Shown here piece by piece: positions 61,590 through 64,000 of a stretch of 64,000 nucleotides of DNA. Source of the DNA: Eledone cirrhosa (lineage: Eukaryota). Position numbers and translations under genes: made by a program. The notes under the pieces were generated by a model that saw only the letters and a list, made by a program, of their open reading frames with translations, did not search any database and had not been told where the DNA came from. The DNA lies in the NCBI GenBank assembly GCA_964016885.1, contig OZ024740.1:75702001-75766000 (forward strand), given 5' to 3'. The stretch's first letter is position 1. The number at the start of each line of letters is the position of its first letter.

Positions 61590-64000
61590 GGTAAGACGAG
61601 TTGTCCTGTTGTGGGCAATGCTAGGTCAGGTGACCATGTCTTGCTCGTACAGAACTGATTTTGGCTTGGTTTTTACAACTGGATGCCCCTCCTAATGCCA
61701 ACCTCATTTACAGTGATGCCTACACGACTACTTCACAGTGTAGACTGGGTGTTTTTTGTTGTGACACCTACACAATCACTCTACAGTGGGAGGGTGGAGG
61801 GTAGGGTTGGGGTGGCATACTATGTATGTATGTGCTTCAGCCTCTGCCTGTGGAAAGTCGGGTCATCTGTATTACTGTGTAACACCAGAGATCTCAGTCC
61901 TGTGTCATCGCCTTTGAGAGGTGCAAGTGGGCAAGGTCAAATTTTATTGCCTCATCCCAAGTCTTCCTGAGTCTCCCCACTCCAAGGATTCCATCGCCTT
62001 TGAGCGCTCTGCACCTTTTTATACAGCTGTCATCCTTCATATGCATCACATGCCCATACCAACGTTATCTCCTCTCCTGTACATAGCCTTTGATTCCTCT
62101 TATGTCTAGTTTCTCTCTCAGTTTGTCTATGCTTTACCGTTGATGTATATTACTATTAAACATCCATCAGAGCATGCAAGCTTCATTTCTTTTCAATCTA
62201 GTAAGTCTTCTGCACACAGCGCCCAGGTCTCACTACCATGCAACATTGCCGTTTGTATGCATCATACAGTCTGCCTTTCATTTTGAGGGAAAAGCCTTTT
62301 GTAGCTAGCAGTGGTAGTAACTCCCTGAACTTATTCCATCCTGTTCTTTCTCTGGCTACTGTACTTTCAGAACACCCACATATGCTGCTAATTGGGTCAC
62401 CCATGTAGCAGAAGCTGTCTACTATTTTTATTGAACCCTCCTAGAATTTGGTAGCGCTTGTTTCCTGTGGTCGTTTGCTACTTACTCTCCTGTTGCGGCT
62501 GCTACATGTACAGCCTACATTCTTAACTAAACTTCCTGAGATCCCACTACATCTGTTGAGTACCCATAGTTTGTATTTAGGGCAGAGGATGGAATTTCTA
62601 CCTACACCTCTCCTACATACTGAGCAAGGCCATTTCTCTGAGGGGATCTGGGTTCTGTTTTCTCTTGTACTTACTAGGACCTTAGTTTTTGTCAGGTTGA
62701 CTTTAAGACCACTTATTTCTAGGCCCTGCTTCCATGTTTGGAATTTCTTCTCTAGTTCTACCATAGATTCAGTTATAAGTGTGAGATCATCCATGTATAG
62801 AAGTTTACTAAGAAGAGATAATCTGTTGTACTTTTCCCAGGCACAAAACCAAACTACATCTCATCTAATTTGACTCTTTCCCTAATTAGTTGCGCTAATG
62901 TTCTTTCTGCCACTTTCATAACCTGATTCATCAGTTTTATGCCCCTATAATTGCTCCTCTTCAGAGCATCCCCTTTACCTTTGTAGCAATTTATAAGAAT
63001 ACTGCTGCACCAGTCTTTGGGTATGACTGCACCATATATAGCTTGATTGACTATGTGTACAACCAATTTAGTTCCTACTTCTCCTGATGCCTTCAGCAAC
63101 TATCCTCAACGGTCCAGCGGCCTTACCACTTTTCATTTCCTTAATTGCCTCTTTGACCCTATAGTCGTTAACCTCAATAGCTGGTCCATCTGTTGGGGGT
63201 AGTTTCTCTCTCTCCCATTCATTCTCAACATTCATCAGTCTCTCATAATGACATTTCCAAGCCTGCTTTTTCTGAGCATCAGTGACACTAAGTGCACCAG
63301 CATCATTTTGGACACGCTTATCTCCAACAACAGCCTGATTTACACTGATACACTGCCTTGCAATGTGGAACACCTCACATCTCTCATCGCAGAACATTGG
63401 CAAACCTCCTACTCTCAGCTTCCCTGCATGTTAAGTATTACTGCCTCTCTTTTAGTAGCTGAGTATTGATTTCTACTCCCACCATTTTTCCAATACTTCC
63501 ATGCTTGTCTTTTGTCTTTAATGGCTTTATCTACCATGCTGTTCCACCACCAAGTCCCCTACCTTCTGTCTGGTTGGAGCTTTGCTCCAGCCACAAGTCT
63601 CTTCAGTAGCCTGCAGTAGGTTGTCACGTAAGAACTTCCAGTTATCTTCAATGTCATACAATTCTAATTCGTCTCCTTTTTCGTCATACACATCTTGAAG
63701 AGCTTTCCTAAATTTATATTTAAGTGAAAGGTCCTTTAGCTTCCAGACCTTCCTTTTCCATACCTTCTGTGTATCTCATTTTGTTTCTTGCTAATTGAGA
63801 TGTCACTAATCACTAACCTGTGTTGGTGGTACATTCTTCCCCAGGGTATGCCTTAGTATTCGAAACCATCTGTCTGTCTCGTTGCCTAACTAGCGAGAAG
63901 TCAATTTGACTTATGTGCTCACCTGATTGGTAGGTTATTAGGTGATTGGCAGGTTTCCTGAAGTTAATGTTGCAAATGGTTAGTTCACTTGCATCACAAA
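61590..64000 (-). mobile_element. RTE LINE, degenerate with internal deletion/junction near 62810, runs off window end
   Basis: ORFs 62198-62404, 62441-62794, 62854-63099 and 63068-63403. Confidence 0.92.

Overview
Repeat-saturated, non-genic eukaryotic DNA with no recognisable host protein gene. The SINE types and huge (TA)n tracts suggest a cephalopod such as Octopus (inference). About a quarter of the window is (TA)n/(TACA)/(TATG) microsatellite, which explains all the 'IYIY' ORFs. The rest is nested transposon debris: RTE-clade LINEs (many carrying a C4HC3 PHD finger inside the RT), CR1-group LINEs, and three kinds of Penelope-like elements (PLEs), including a near-complete 775-aa RT+GIY-YIG ORF. 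There is also a DD37D/maT mariner, a pogo fragment, a non-autonomous Helitron, two tRNA-derived SINE families and a 5.8S rRNA copy. The most notable structure not shown by the ORF track is a dense set of type I hammerhead ribozyme motifs: about 14 with an essentially intact core, plus degenerate ones. They lie in PLE terminal repeats and in short non-coding tandem or fold-back (palindromic) elements, mostly next to (TA)n. One tandem pair is 437 nt apart and looks retrozyme-like. All RNA folds were done by eye and coordinates are approximate to a few nt.
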